From Candidatus Oxydemutatoraceae bacterium (GTDB taxonomy: Bacteria > Pseudomonadota > Gammaproteobacteria > Poriferisulfidales > Oxydemutatoraceae), in NCBI GenBank assembly GCA_965218975.1, contig OZ244717.1, positions 896,001 to 960,000 of the forward strand: a DNA stretch of 64,000 bases, read 5' to 3'. Every line of letters begins with the position of its first letter. The stretch's first letter is position 1. The notes beneath the pieces were generated by a model. That model was not told where the DNA came from and did not search any database. It was given only the letters and a program-made list of their open reading frames with translations. Below, in pieces: positions 19,326-29,863 of the stretch. The translations under genes and the position numbers were made by a program.

Positions 19326-19634
19326 TTATTTTAGTGCCTCGCAGGTTTCTTTATAGCCGACTTCCTTACCGTGTCGGTAGGCTTTCCCCCACGGCATCCA
19401 GCGGTGTTGCCGGACGCCGTCGAGAGTGTCGTTTGCTGTCAGTCGCGAAATTGTCGCTGCAATCTGTTCGGTGTAACCCAGTTGATGCATTGCCTGAATC
19501 ATCCCGTTCGCATAACCGCGATCGTACCATGGTTGGAAATTTTGCGGTTCATCAATAAAGCCTTCGGTATCGGCATAGATTCTGTCAATCAATACAAGCA
19601 ATTGTTCCGCTTGCGCTCGTTTGAGAGTATTCAT
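19326..19634 (-). CDS. Hypothetical protein
   Basis: ATG 19634 overlaps the upstream gene's stop; WYDRGYANGM and WGKAYRHG.E.G look like conserved motifs. Confidence 0.7.
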   Translation of the reverse strand: MNTLKRAQAEQLLVLIDRIYADTEGFIDEPQNFQPWYDRGYANGMIQAMHQLGYTEQIAATISRLTANDTLDGVRQHRWMPWGKAYRHGKEVGYKETCEALK

Positions 19635-19963
19635 TATGCCGGACCCAGTGTCGTGAAAAAAGTTAACCACCTAAAAATGATTATTGCCACAACAATCGCA
19701 TTAATGATTATGATGTTGCGATAGCGATGTTTTTCTTCAATTTTATCCGCGCCGGAAGAAAATATGGCCGACATCATCATGTCAAGTAATATCGCCATTA
19801 CAACCAATGGTATTAGCGCAGGCGCAATCAGTGTCGGTATAATTAATGGCCACTCTGTGACAGTACGCGTTTGCGGTTCCGGCGCCAGCAGTGCAAGCAT
19901 CATGCCAAGTAAAAGTAATGCACTGCGCAGAATGCCAAAGCGAGTTATATGTGCTAAAAACAT
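19634..19963 (-). CDS. Hypothetical membrane protein
   Basis: Three hydrophobic segments; divergent from rpe; coupled to the downstream ORF. Confidence 0.7.
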   Translation of the reverse strand: MFLAHITRFGILRSALLLLGMMLALLAPEPQTRTVTEWPLIIPTLIAPALIPLVVMAILLDMMMSAIFSSGADKIEEKHRYRNIIIINAIVVAIIIFRWLTFFTTLGPA

Positions 19964-20007
19964 GACGAATAAGAGTTTACCCTGTATTATTCCGCTTGAG
20001 AAAAGTT

Positions 20008-20676
20008 ATGCAAGAGTTTATTTGTCCGTCCATATTGTCCGCAGATTTTGCTCGACTTGGTGAGGAGGTTCGGTCGGTGTTATCTGCCGACGCGGATATG
20101 ATTCACTTTGACGTAATGGATAATCACTATGTTCCGAATCTGACATTCGGCCCGATGGTGTGTAGTTCCTTACGCAATTGCGGTATCCGTGCGCCCATTG
20201 ATGTGCATTTGATGGCTAAGCCGATTGACCGCTTAATTGTGTCGTTCGCGCAAGCCGGCGCAAGTTGGATTACATTCCATCCCGAAGCCAGCGATCATAT
20301 TGACCGCAGTTTGCAATTGGTACGTGATAACGGCTGCAAGTGCGGTTTGGTATTTAATCCCGCGACGCCGTTAGATTATTTAGACTATGTGATAGATAAA
20401 ATTGATATGGTATTGATCATGTCGGTGAATCCGGGTTTCGGCGGACAAGAGTTCTTGCCTTCGGCATTAAATAAAATCGCTGATGCTCGGCGCAAGATTG
20501 ATCGCGGTGGGAGATCAATTCGACTGCAAGTGGACGGTGGTATAAAGATTGACAACATATCTGCGATCAAGCAAGCGGGTGCCGACACGTTTGTTGCCGG
20601 GTCTGCAATATTCGGAGCGGATGATTACGCCGATGCCATCAACAAATTGCGTCAAGCGATTGTCAGTACCGGATAA
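20008..20676 (+). CDS. rpe: Ribulose-phosphate 3-epimerase
   Basis: [43 protein letters not shown]. Confidence 0.98.
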   Translation: MQEFICPSILSADFARLGEEVRSVLSADADMIHFDVMDNHYVPNLTFGPMVCSSLRNCGIRAPIDVHLMAKPIDRLIVSFAQAGASWITFHPEASDHIDRSLQLVRDNGCKCGLVFNPATPLDYLDYVIDKIDMVLIMSVNPGFGGQEFLPSALNKIADARRKIDRGGRSIRLQVDGGIKIDNISAIKQAGADTFVAGSAIFGADDYADAINKLRQAIVSTG

Positions 20677-20680
20677 GTAT

Positions 20681-22171
20681 ATGATCTCCAATGCCGAGTT
20701 TAAGCGACTATGTTCCGAAGGGCACACGCATATTCCACTGATTCGGTCTTTGCCGCTACCGCCCGGCATCACCCCCGTCAATGCCTATTTAAGGTTAGCG
20801 GATTCGGCGTATAGCTATTTACTTGAGTCTGCCGAAAGCAGTGCGCGTTGGGGGCGTTATTCGATCATCGGTTTGAGTTGCGAGCAACGTATTGAGGTGC
20901 GAGATCGTCAAGTACGATGGTTCGCAGGTTGTGATTGCGTCGAAGAAGTTGAGTGCGATGATCCGTTAGCGTGGGTGGAAGATTTCGCCCGACGGTTTTG
21001 TATGCCGCGATTGGTTGGGTTGCCGAGATTTACCGGCGGATTGGTGGGGTATTTTGGGTATGAAAGCGCCCGCTATATCGAATCCAAGCTAGTTTGTTCC
21101 TCGATTGCTAAAAAGACTGATCCGTTAAACTCGCCGGACATTTTATTGCTTGTTTCCAAAGAAGTGGTTGTGTTTGATAATCTCGAAAATCATATTCATT
21201 TCATTGCTCATGCCGATACGCAAGTCCCCGACAGCTATGCTCAGGCGGTTCAACAAATTGAGGAAGTACATCGCCGTTTGATTACGGGAGAAGAGAAGCC
21301 GCCGCAGCCGACGAGTGTTGAGGTTGATGAAACATGTTTTGTCTCCGAATTTGGTGCGCAGCGTTTCCGGACAGCGGTTGAGAAAACGCGGCGTTATATT
21401 GTTGACGGTGACATCATGCAGCTGGTTTTATCGCAAAGGCTAAGTGTATCGTTTGATGGTCATCCGTTCACCTGTTATTGCGAATTGCGCAAGATCAATC
21501 CTTCGCCGTATATGTATTATTTTAATTTCGGTAATTTTTATGTCGCCGGTGCATCGCCTGAAATCCTTGTACGAGTGGAGAGCGATGAAATTACCGTACG
21601 CCCGATTGCGGGAACACGTCCGCGACAGCAAGATACCGCTACCGATTTATGCATTGAAAAAGAATTGCTGTCGGATGAAAAAGAGCTTGCCGAGCACTTG
21701 ATGCTGATTGATCTCGGACGCAACGATATCGGTAGAGTTTGTGAGATCGGAAGTGTGCGGGTGACTGATCTGATGGTGATTGAAAAGTACTCGCATGTAA
21801 TGCACATCGTATCGCATATTGTTGGCAAACGGCGTCGGGATGTAAGCTTAATTGATATTTTGCGCGCGACTTTTCCCGCCGGAACTGTAAGCGGTGCGCC
21901 GAAAATCAGGGCGATGGAACTGATTGATGAGTTTGAAACGACCAAGCGCGGTATTTATTCGGGTGCGGTCGGGTACTTGTCATGGGACGGCGCAATGGAT
22001 TTAGCGATTGCAATTCGCACCTTAATTATTAAGGACAATCAGCTGTACGCACAAGCTGGCGCCGGTTTGGTTTATGACTCGAAACCGGCACAAGAATGGC
22101 AAGAGACTATGAATAAAGCGCGGGTGATGATGCGAGCGGCGGAATTGGCATCGCAAAAAAATAATCGGTAG
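20681..22171 (+). CDS. trpE: Anthranilate synthase component I
   Basis: LLES...GRYS, NPSPYM, RPIAGTR, AEHLML.DLGRND, PAGTVSGAPK; start ATG 20681. Confidence 0.96.
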   Translation: MISNAEFKRLCSEGHTHIPLIRSLPLPPGITPVNAYLRLADSAYSYLLESAESSARWGRYSIIGLSCEQRIEVRDRQVRWFAGCDCVEEVECDDPLAWVEDFARRFCMPRLVGLPRFTGGLVGYFGYESARYIESKLVCSSIAKKTDPLNSPDILLLVSKEVVVFDNLENHIHFIAHADTQVPDSYAQAVQQIEEVHRRLITGEEKPPQPTSVEVDETCFVSEFGAQRFRTAVEKTRRYIVDGDIMQLVLSQRLSVSFDGHPFTCYCELRKINPSPYMYYFNFGNFYVAGASPEILVRVESDEITVRPIAGTRPRQQDTATDLCIEKELLSDEKELAEHLMLIDLGRNDIGRVCEIGSVRVTDLMVIEKYSHVMHIVSHIVGKRRRDVSLIDILRATFPAGTVSGAPKIRAMELIDEFETTKRGIYSGAVGYLSWDGAMDLAIAIRTLIIKDNQLYAQAGAGLVYDSKPAQEWQETMNKARVMMRAAELASQKNNR

Positions 22172-22217
22172 TTTCAATCATATCAATCCGGATGACATCT
22201 CCGTTAGGAAATAAGCT

Positions 22218-22799
22218 ATGCTATTGATGATCGACAATTACGATTCCTTCACCTATAACCTGGTGCAATACTTTGGTGAGTTAGGAGCTGACGTGCGAGT
22301 GTTTCGCAACGATAAAATCACTGTGCGTCAAATCGAACAACTGGCGCTGGAACAAATCGTTATTTCCCCCGGTCCTTGCACTCCCGATAAAGCCGGTATC
22401 TCACTTGAAGTCATTAAGCGATTTGTCGGCAGAGTGCCGATTTTGGGGGTTTGTCTCGGACATCAAGTGATCGGTCAAGCGTTTGGCGGCAATATCATAC
22501 GCAGCAAAAAAGTGATGCACGGGAAAACATCATTGGTGCATCATAACGGTCGCGGTTTGTTTACCGGTTTTAATAATCCGTTTCAATCAACGCGGTATCA
22601 TTCGCTGGTGATTGAAAGGGAATCTTTGCCCGAGTGTCTTGAATTGACCGCATGGACGCAAGAAAACAACGAATTTGGTGAAATTATGGCGGTGTGCCAC
22701 AAAGAGTATGCGGTTGCCGGAGTGCAGTTTCATCCGGAATCCATTCTGACGGATTACGGACATGAGTTGCTGAAGCATTTTTTAGATGACAAAATTTAG
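22218..22799 (+). CDS. trpG: Anthranilate synthase component II (glutamine amidotransferase)
   Basis: [29 protein letters not shown]. Confidence 0.95.
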   Translation: MLLMIDNYDSFTYNLVQYFGELGADVRVFRNDKITVRQIEQLALEQIVISPGPCTPDKAGISLEVIKRFVGRVPILGVCLGHQVIGQAFGGNIIRSKKVMHGKTSLVHHNGRGLFTGFNNPFQSTRYHSLVIERESLPECLELTAWTQENNEFGEIMAVCHKEYAVAGVQFHPESILTDYGHELLKHFLDDKI

Positions 22800-23823
22800 C
22801 GCAGTGCTTGAGGCAGTGCTTGCCGGCGATAATCTTGATCAAGTGCAAATGAGCGCATTGATGTCTGCGGTGATGGAGGATAGGCTTAGTGCGGCACAGC
22901 TGGCAGCATTTCTGATTGCTTTGCGTATGAAGGGTGAAACAGCTGATGAATTGACCGCGGCGGCGATGACAGTGCGCAGGTTTGCCGCACCGATCAGCAG
23001 TTGCGTATCCGACTTGGTGGATACTTGCGGCACGGGCGGTGACGGGCTGGGGACATTTAATATTTCCACTGCCGCCGCGATTGTCGCCGCTGCGGCCGGG
23101 GTGCATATTGCCAAGCACGGTAATCGTTCGGTTTCAAGTAACAGCGGTAGTGCGGATTTTTTGCAAGCGATTGGTGTTGATTTGACGCTCAATGCCGATC
23201 AAGTTGCAAGCTGTATTGAACGAGTCGGCATCGGGTTCTTATTTGCGCCGCAGTTTCATAGCGCAATGAAATTTGCCGCACCGGTGCGTAAGGAGATTGG
23301 CGTACGAACGTTATTTAACTTGCTGGGACCGTTAACCAATCCGTTGGGAGCGAAAATTCAGTTAATTGGTGTTTATGACATACAATGGCTGCAGCGAATT
23401 GCGCAAGCGGCACAGCGATTGGGTGTTCGCCGAGCGATGGTTGTGCATGGGGAGGACGGGATGGATGAAATCAGTATTAATGCACCGACTCAAGTAGTGG
23501 AATTGGATCGGGATACACTACGCTCGTATCGTATCTTACCGCAAGATTTTGGTATACGACCGAGCCCGTTTTCAGCGATTGCGGCAAAGGACGTTGCTGC
23601 CGGACGGGAATTAATTTTAGCGGTTTTCAGCGGTGAAAAAGGCGCGGCGCATGATATTATTTCCATCAATGCGGCCGCAGTGATTTATTTGAGCGGAATC
23701 GCGGAAGATTTCCCACAAGCGTTCGCGACGGCACAGACGACGATTGATTCGGGGGCGGCGGCAAGCACATTGGAAAAATTTGTCGCTACAACGCAAATGC
23801 TTGCAAAAATGAAGCAGACATGA
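22786..23823 (+). CDS. trpD: Anthranilate phosphoribosyltransferase
   Basis: [42 protein letters not shown]. Confidence 0.97.
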   Translation: MTKFSAVLEAVLAGDNLDQVQMSALMSAVMEDRLSAAQLAAFLIALRMKGETADELTAAAMTVRRFAAPISSCVSDLVDTCGTGGDGLGTFNISTAAAIVAAAAGVHIAKHGNRSVSSNSGSADFLQAIGVDLTLNADQVASCIERVGIGFLFAPQFHSAMKFAAPVRKEIGVRTLFNLLGPLTNPLGAKIQLIGVYDIQWLQRIAQAAQRLGVRRAMVVHGEDGMDEISINAPTQVVELDRDTLRSYRILPQDFGIRPSPFSAIAAKDVAAGRELILAVFSGEKGAAHDIISINAAAVIYLSGIAEDFPQAFATAQTTIDSGAAASTLEKFVATTQMLAKMKQT

Positions 23824-24626
23824 CGGTGCCGGCGCGATTTCTTAAAGAGATCCTTGCGTATAAGCGTGAGGAAGTTGCCGAACGTAAGCGGCAATACACT
23901 GTCGGCGAATTACGCGAGCGGGCGGAAGAGCAGGATAAACCGCGCGGTTTTCAGCGCGCTCTGCAAGCAAGCGTTGCACAGAATAAAGCAACGATTATCG
24001 CCGAATTAAAACGTGCATCGCCGAGCAAAGGTGTCTTACGTGAGGATTTTGACCCGCTGACGATTGCACGCAGCTACATGATCGGCGGCGCAACCTGTTT
24101 GTCGGTGTTAACCGACAATAAATTTTTCAAAAGTTCCGGTGCAATATTAGATTTAGTGCGCAGACATTGTCCCTTGCCCGCCTTGCGTAAGGACTTCATC
24201 ATTGACGAGTACCAAGTGTATGAAAGCCGCGCCTTTGGCGCTGATTGCATGCTGCTGATTGTCGTGGCAACTTCCGGGTCTCAACTGCGGGATTTGTTTC
24301 ATCTGGCCAATGAACAAAATATGGATGTATTGGTAGAAGTGCACAATGCTGCCGAACTTGAAGATGCGCTCGCGTTGGGCGATATCTTGAGGATGATCGG
24401 AATCAACAATCGCGATTTACACACATTTGAAGTTGACCTGCAAACAACTTTGGATTTGGTAAGTGAAATTCCCGGCGACAAACTGATTGTTAGCGAAAGT
24501 GGAATTGGCACCTATGCGGATATTGAGCAGCTGATGAATGTCGGGGTTTATGCGTATCTGATTGGCGAATCATTGATCACTGCCGACAACCCGGGCGAGC
24601 GGTTAAAGGCTTTGCTAGCGCAATGA
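23820..24626 (+). CDS. trpC: Indole-3-glycerol phosphate synthase
   Basis: IAELKRASPSKG, LSVLTD, LRKDFI, GINNRDL, SESGI. Confidence 0.97.
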   Translation: MTVPARFLKEILAYKREEVAERKRQYTVGELRERAEEQDKPRGFQRALQASVAQNKATIIAELKRASPSKGVLREDFDPLTIARSYMIGGATCLSVLTDNKFFKSSGAILDLVRRHCPLPALRKDFIIDEYQVYESRAFGADCMLLIVVATSGSQLRDLFHLANEQNMDVLVEVHNAAELEDALALGDILRMIGINNRDLHTFEVDLQTTLDLVSEIPGDKLIVSESGIGTYADIEQLMNVGVYAYLIGESLITADNPGERLKALLAQ

Positions 24627-25057
24627 GCCGGCGCACGATGCAAGTGAACGTACGCTGGACATCGGCAATGAGTTTTGTTGCAGAAACTGGTACCGGACAT
24701 AGTATTTGCATGGACGGCGCGCCTGAATTCGGCGGACGCAATTTAGCGCCGCGTCCGATGGAAATGGTGTTAGTCGGTGCCGGCGGCTGCAGTAGTTTTG
24801 ATATGGTGAAAATTTTACGGCAGCGAAAGCAGGATTTGCGCGGGATCGAATTACAAGTGCAAGCTGAGCGTGCCGAGACGATACCAGCCATATTCAAGCA
24901 GATTCACATACGATTTATTGTGACCGGCCGTCGCTTGAATAAAGAGATTGTGCGTCAGGCGGTATTTGAATCGGTTGAAAAATATTCATCGGTTTCTAAA
25001 ATGTTAGAAGGAACAGTACGCATTACGTACGACCATGCAATTGTCGAGGTGGAGTAG
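24623..25057 (+). CDS. OsmC/YhfA family protein
   Basis: GH...MDG, PRPME.VL.GAGGCSSFD; the second Cys position reads EKYSS. Confidence 0.88.
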   Translation: MSRRTMQVNVRWTSAMSFVAETGTGHSICMDGAPEFGGRNLAPRPMEMVLVGAGGCSSFDMVKILRQRKQDLRGIELQVQAERAETIPAIFKQIHIRFIVTGRRLNKEIVRQAVFESVEKYSSVSKMLEGTVRITYDHAIVEVE

Positions 25058-25468
25058 ATGCGTGACCTATCAATGGCGGGACTTAGGCATGTTGCTTTGC
25101 GTGTGGCGAAGTTTGAGTCTTGCGAGCAATTTTATACGCAGCTGCTCGGCTATCGAGTTGAGTGGCGCCCTGATGAGGACAATGTGTATCTTACCTGCGG
25201 AATTGATAATCTTGCCTTGCATCGTAGCGAGAATAGAGCGAAATCCGGGCGACTGGATCATATCGGAATTATTCTGAATACACCGCAAGAGGTTGATCGT
25301 TGGTTTAAGTTTTTGCGCTCGCATCATGTGCCGATGGAGGCCGCGCCCAAAACTCATCGCGACGAGACGCGCAGTTTTTATTGTTATGATCCGGACGGAA
25401 CGCTGTTGCAAATGATGTATCATCCGTCGCTCGCTAATGCGCGGATGGTATCGTCCGGTGACACATAG
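25058..25468 (+). CDS. VOC/glyoxalase family protein
   Basis: LRHVAL, FY..LLG, LDHIG, HRD..RSFY..DPDG. Confidence 0.88.
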   Translation: MRDLSMAGLRHVALRVAKFESCEQFYTQLLGYRVEWRPDEDNVYLTCGIDNLALHRSENRAKSGRLDHIGIILNTPQEVDRWFKFLRSHHVPMEAAPKTHRDETRSFYCYDPDGTLLQMMYHPSLANARMVSSGDT

Positions 25469-25488
25469 TTTGTAACGATCGTACGACC

Positions 25489-26763
25489 ATTTCCAAACAA
25501 CTGACAGATTTTGATCGGGCACATTTGTGGCATCCGTACACGACCTTGCCGTCTTGTCAGCCTGCGTATCCGGTGGTTGCTGCCGAAGGAGTCTGCTTGC
25601 AGCTTGCTGACGGCAGGCAGCTGATTGATGGGATGTCTTCATGGTGGGCGGCGATTCACGGTTATAACCATCCGATACTAAATGCCGCTTTAATTGAACA
25701 AAGCTGGCAGATGGCGCACGTGATGTTTGGTGGTCTGACCCACCCGCCGGCAGTGGATTTAGGTAAGCGTTTATTGCAGATTTTGCCGTGCCGGCTGGAT
25801 TGTATTTTCTTTTGTGACTCGGGATCGGTAGCGGTTGAAGTTGCGATTAAAATGGCAGTGCAATACTGGTCTTTGCGTGGCGAGTCACGACGTAAGAAAC
25901 TATTGACGGTTCGCCACGGCTACCACGGCGATACCTTCGCCGCCATGTCGGTATCGGATCCGGAAAATGGAATGCACAATTTATTTGTGTCGCAATTAAC
26001 GCAACAGATTTTCGCGCAAGCGCCGCCGTGTCGGGGCGATTTTGACGAAGCAGTGGGCGATATGCGTGGCAAATTGGCGCGCCATCGAGGAGAAATCATT
26101 GCCGTAATTATTGAACCGGTTGTACAAGGTGCAGGCGGAATGCGCATCTATGACCCGCGCTATCTTATCCATCTGCGTCGATTATGCGATGAGTTTGACA
26201 CTTTGCTGATTTTTGACGAGATTGCAACCGGTTTTGGTCGCACCGGGCGTATGTTTGCAAGCGAACACGCTGCGGTGGTTCCTGACATCATGTGCATTGG
26301 TAAAGCGTTAAGTGCAGGCTATTTGACATTGGCGGCGACTATTACTAATACGCAGATCGCGCGGCAAGTCTGCAGTCATGGCGCGCAACCGTTTATGCAT
26401 GGTCCTACCTATATGGCAAATCCGCTTGCTTGCGCGGTCGCACGCGAGAACATTGACTTGCTATTGCGCGGAGAATGGCAGACGCAGGTTCAGTCTATAG
26501 AGACACAGCTGCACGCCGAGTTGGGAGTGTGCCGGAATCATCCGGCAGTGAAAGCGGTACGAGTGAAAGGTGCGCTTGGTGTGGTTGAAATGTGCTCGCC
26601 GGTGGATGTCGCAACATTGTGTGCATATTTTGTCAAAGCAGGAGTTTGGATTCGTCCGTTTATGAATCTGATTTATCTGATGCCGCCGTACATCATTCGG
26701 GCCGAGCAACTGACGCGATTGACTGACGCGATTTCCCACGCAATCGCCCTAAGTCACAAATAA
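25489..26763 (+). CDS. bioA: Adenosylmethionine-8-amino-7-oxononanoate aminotransferase; start uncertain
   Basis: FDRAHLWHPYT, DGMSSWW..IHGYNHP, DSGSVAVEVA.KMA, FDEIATGFGRTG, HGPTYMANPLAC; homology extends upstream of the track start 25525. Confidence 0.95.
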   Translation: MSKQLTDFDRAHLWHPYTTLPSCQPAYPVVAAEGVCLQLADGRQLIDGMSSWWAAIHGYNHPILNAALIEQSWQMAHVMFGGLTHPPAVDLGKRLLQILPCRLDCIFFCDSGSVAVEVAIKMAVQYWSLRGESRRKKLLTVRHGYHGDTFAAMSVSDPENGMHNLFVSQLTQQIFAQAPPCRGDFDEAVGDMRGKLARHRGEIIAVIIEPVVQGAGGMRIYDPRYLIHLRRLCDEFDTLLIFDEIATGFGRTGRMFASEHAAVVPDIMCIGKALSAGYLTLAATITNTQIARQVCSHGAQPFMHGPTYMANPLACAVARENIDLLLRGEWQTQVQSIETQLHAELGVCRNHPAVKAVRVKGALGVVEMCSPVDVATLCAYFVKAGVWIRPFMNLIYLMPPYIIRAEQLTRLTDAISHAIALSHK

Positions 26764-27392
26764 TGCGCGATGGAAGTCATTACCTTTGCCGCCATTCGCA
26801 TAGCCTGCCGCACAGGTGCCGGTAGATTGCTACCGCCCGCTTCTTGAGCCTGCTGCGCATGTTCTGCCTCATCCGCTTGAATCTGTCTGATGATAGCGAG
26901 GGTTCTCTTGTCTTTAGACGAGATGCGTCTGCAGTGTGATTTAAGATGCTGCACAACTTGATCCTCAGTTTCTTTAACAAAGCCCAAACTATAACGGTCG
27001 CCAAACAAACCGACAACAGCGCCGATAGACATTGAGCCGACATACCAGAGTGGTGTTAGCAGACTGGTTCTACCACCGAGTTCACGGATGCGTTTTTCAC
27101 ACCAGGCCAGGTGGTCGGCTTCTTCATGTGATGCTTGCTTAAGCTGTTTTACCGTCGTATTGCTTCGTGCCGTAAGAGCCTGCCCGTGGTACAATCCTTG
27201 CGCTGAAATTTCCCCTGCGTGGTTCACTCGCATCAAGCGCGCGGAGTCACGTTTGTCGGCGGCGATTAATTCATCGTCACAATTGGTTTCGGTGCTCGGA
27301 ATTTCACGCTGCGCCGTGCTTTGAACAGTTAAGACTTTAATCGCTTGGTCAATGACTTCAAGCAGACGATCAAGTGAAGTGTAATGACGCAT
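26754..27392 (-). CDS. coq7: Demethoxyubiquinone hydroxylase Coq7 (di-iron)
   Basis: LMRVNHAGEI.AQ.LY.GQ, EE.DHL.WC, ETE.QV..HL, DEAEH; start ATG 27392. Confidence 0.95.
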   Translation of the reverse strand: MRHYTSLDRLLEVIDQAIKVLTVQSTAQREIPSTETNCDDELIAADKRDSARLMRVNHAGEISAQGLYHGQALTARSNTTVKQLKQASHEEADHLAWCEKRIRELGGRTSLLTPLWYVGSMSIGAVVGLFGDRYSLGFVKETEDQVVQHLKSHCRRISSKDKRTLAIIRQIQADEAEHAQQAQEAGGSNLPAPVRQAMRMAAKVMTSIAHYL

Positions 27393-27572
27393 TGTGTTGT
27401 AAAGTTGCAAAGTTACAGACGTCTGGCATAGTAGCATAGTCGGTGGTCGAGTGTCATTCTCGCGTAGGCATAAATCTCAAACGGATGCAGGTATCGCTTT
27501 GCATCATCAAAAAAAGGATAACGGTCGTTTAACGCGACCGATGCACCGTTTGCTAATCTTTGGGGAAGCGGT

Positions 27573-28814
27573 TTATTTTACTAAATTCTTCTTCAACCAG
27601 CTAATCGGGTGCATCACTTCAACCGCCATTTGGCGTTGCGCAAGACCACGACGAAAATGTAGCGCGCAACCGATGTTAGACGTTAACAATATTCGGCTTT
27701 TCTGTTGGGCGAGTACGTCCAATAACGGTTCTAACAATGCTTGTGCCGTCGCCGGATGCATAAGCATATAAGCGCCGGCCGCTCCGCAACATGCAGCTTG
27801 TTTGGTTAGCGGTCGGATGTTTAATCCTGGTACCAACGACAACAATTTCTCTACTTCATCGCTTTGCATTGTGCACGGAGTATGCAGTGTAACGGTGTCG
27901 GTGCACTTCCGGAAATTCAGTGCCTTGCGATAATGTGACAGGAAACAGCTAACATCGTAATGCCGGATGTTTAGCCGTTCGGCGTGTTCAGCAAGCTGCA
28001 CGCCACAGCCGCCGGCACAGCTAATCACTTCAGGAGTATTCTGAAAGGCGATGGCGTTTTGCGCAAGCAATGTTTCGGCAGATTGCCAATCACCCGCATG
28101 TTGGTGCATTGCACCACAGCAGTTTTGCTTTTTAGGGACTACCACTTTAAACCCGACGATATTCAGCAATTGCTTTGTTGCATTTAGCGTTTCGCTGTCC
28201 AAGATTTCCCCGACACAACCGGTGAACAACGCGACAGTTTGTTTGCCGGTTTTAGCTTGATTGCGATAAGTGAACCGAGGCATACATCGCGGTAACATCA
28301 TGTCGAATTTTTCCAACCCGAAAAGTTTTAGCACGTGCGTTTTTTGCAGCAGAGTTCTCAGCCCGCTGCGTCGATAGATTTGCAATAATGCCACGCCGCA
28401 ACGGCGCAAAATACGCATACGCGCAAACCCGTTGAGCCAAACCGGAAGTTGAGTCGGAGACTGAGCTGAAAACTTAGCTTGAGTCGTACTTTTTTCTGCG
28501 GACTGAACGAATAACTCGCGCCTCGCTTGATCGAGCAATCGTCCGAACGGCACTTGTGCCGGACAAACTGTTTCGCAATGCCGGCATAACAGACAGCCTT
28601 CCAAATGTTCTATCAACTTTTCGTCGGGCGCAATATCATCGTTCGCCAACGCTTTCATCAGTGAAATTCTGCCGCGCGGCGAATCGCCCTCCTGTTGAAA
28701 CAAGTTGTAAGTGGGACAATGCGGCAAGCATAAGCCGCACATGACGCATCGATCAGCTTCTTTGATTTGCAATGCTTTGGCCGAGGAATCGGTTATAAGA
28801 TCGGTGCGGTGCAT
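27573..28814 (-). CDS. GlcF-like (Fe-S)-binding oxidoreductase subunit
   Basis: CxxCxxCxxxCP twice, SPRGRI, CCG domains (CCGA, ACCGAAG, TSNIGC). Confidence 0.88.
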   Translation of the reverse strand: MHRTDLITDSSAKALQIKEADRCVMCGLCLPHCPTYNLFQQEGDSPRGRISLMKALANDDIAPDEKLIEHLEGCLLCRHCETVCPAQVPFGRLLDQARRELFVQSAEKSTTQAKFSAQSPTQLPVWLNGFARMRILRRCGVALLQIYRRSGLRTLLQKTHVLKLFGLEKFDMMLPRCMPRFTYRNQAKTGKQTVALFTGCVGEILDSETLNATKQLLNIVGFKVVVPKKQNCCGAMHQHAGDWQSAETLLAQNAIAFQNTPEVISCAGGCGVQLAEHAERLNIRHYDVSCFLSHYRKALNFRKCTDTVTLHTPCTMQSDEVEKLLSLVPGLNIRPLTKQAACCGAAGAYMLMHPATAQALLEPLLDVLAQQKSRILLTSNIGCALHFRRGLAQRQMAVEVMHPISWLKKNLVK

Positions 28815-29173
28815 AACAATGGAATCATACTGCTTTTTCTATTGATACTGCATAGTGTCGGATACATAACGAATTAGCGCTCCACAATAAAATAGGCGGA
28901 CGATGCGTAATATCCGCATATCGATTGTCGCACCAGAAATTTCTAACCATCTTTTGGGGGGCAGTAACGGGAAGCAAATTGAAGAACCGGACGATTGGTT
29001 GTTTAATATAATGGATGACAATCGCACAAGGGACTGGAATTGAAAACCCCGGTTCAATCTGCATAAGCTATCATTCAACAACACGAAGTGTACAATAAAC
29101 CCGCGGACTCATAAGTATGTGCTAGCATTCTTGGCTAATCGATGACAAAATAGGTAAATATAAATAGGTAATA

Positions 29174-29812
29174 ATGACAAAATCCGCACCACAAAATATC
29201 GAACAGCTTTTGATTCGGTTTAATAGTGATATTCGACAGGTTGAGTATCTTGCCACCGGCGCACGTGCATGGGTGTACAAAGCATGCTATCGACAACGCA
29301 ATGTAGTTGCCAAAGTTTATAAGCCGAAAGCAGCGGTAAAGTACGCAAAGCGTTGCGGAAAAAATATTGCTGCCTTCGAGTTTTCGCGCAATCGGGAATT
29401 CTATGTTCGTCCGACTTTGCAAAAATATACGGCGGAACCGATTCGCTATTTTAGTGTCGGAGGCTATCATGTTTTTATTCAGGAATTTATTGATGGGTCT
29501 ATGCTGCAAGATTTTATTCGACTATATCGTTATCTTCCCGAAGAAGTGTTGCAAGCGGGGCGTTTCATTGTAGATGAAGCAAGTAAGTTCAATTTATATG
29601 ACATAGACATCCATAAAGGGAATGTTGCGGTTGTCCCGTTTGAGGGTGGTTGGAAGCCGATGCTATGTGATTTTAATATGCTGCCGCAGCATCATTTTCC
29701 GCCTAACCCGTTGCTAGCGATAGGATTTTTCTTTGGCTGGTATTCGCCTAACCGACGCGATTATAGAAATCTTCGCGATTGGGCGGATTATGCGTGTAGA
29801 ATATGCGCTTAA
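29174..29812 (+). CDS. Small protein-kinase-like protein (RIO/Kdo/LPS-kinase type fold)
   Basis: LATGARAWVY, VAKVY, IQEFIDG, DIHKGN catalytic loop, LCDFN. Confidence 0.7.
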   Translation: MTKSAPQNIEQLLIRFNSDIRQVEYLATGARAWVYKACYRQRNVVAKVYKPKAAVKYAKRCGKNIAAFEFSRNREFYVRPTLQKYTAEPIRYFSVGGYHVFIQEFIDGSMLQDFIRLYRYLPEEVLQAGRFIVDEASKFNLYDIDIHKGNVAVVPFEGGWKPMLCDFNMLPQHHFPPNPLLAIGFFFGWYSPNRRDYRNLRDWADYACRICA

Positions 29813-29863
29813 CACAAAATAAATACCCCCCTTCACTTAACTAAAAAATTAAGAAGGTTGATT

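Noticed and set aside
20676-20681. No gph between rpe and trpE
   Set aside because: A common gene-order variation with little information
28825-29084. Short minus-strand ORFs between the Fe-S gene and the kinase
   Set aside because: Two overlapping frames with no motif; coding status cannot be supported
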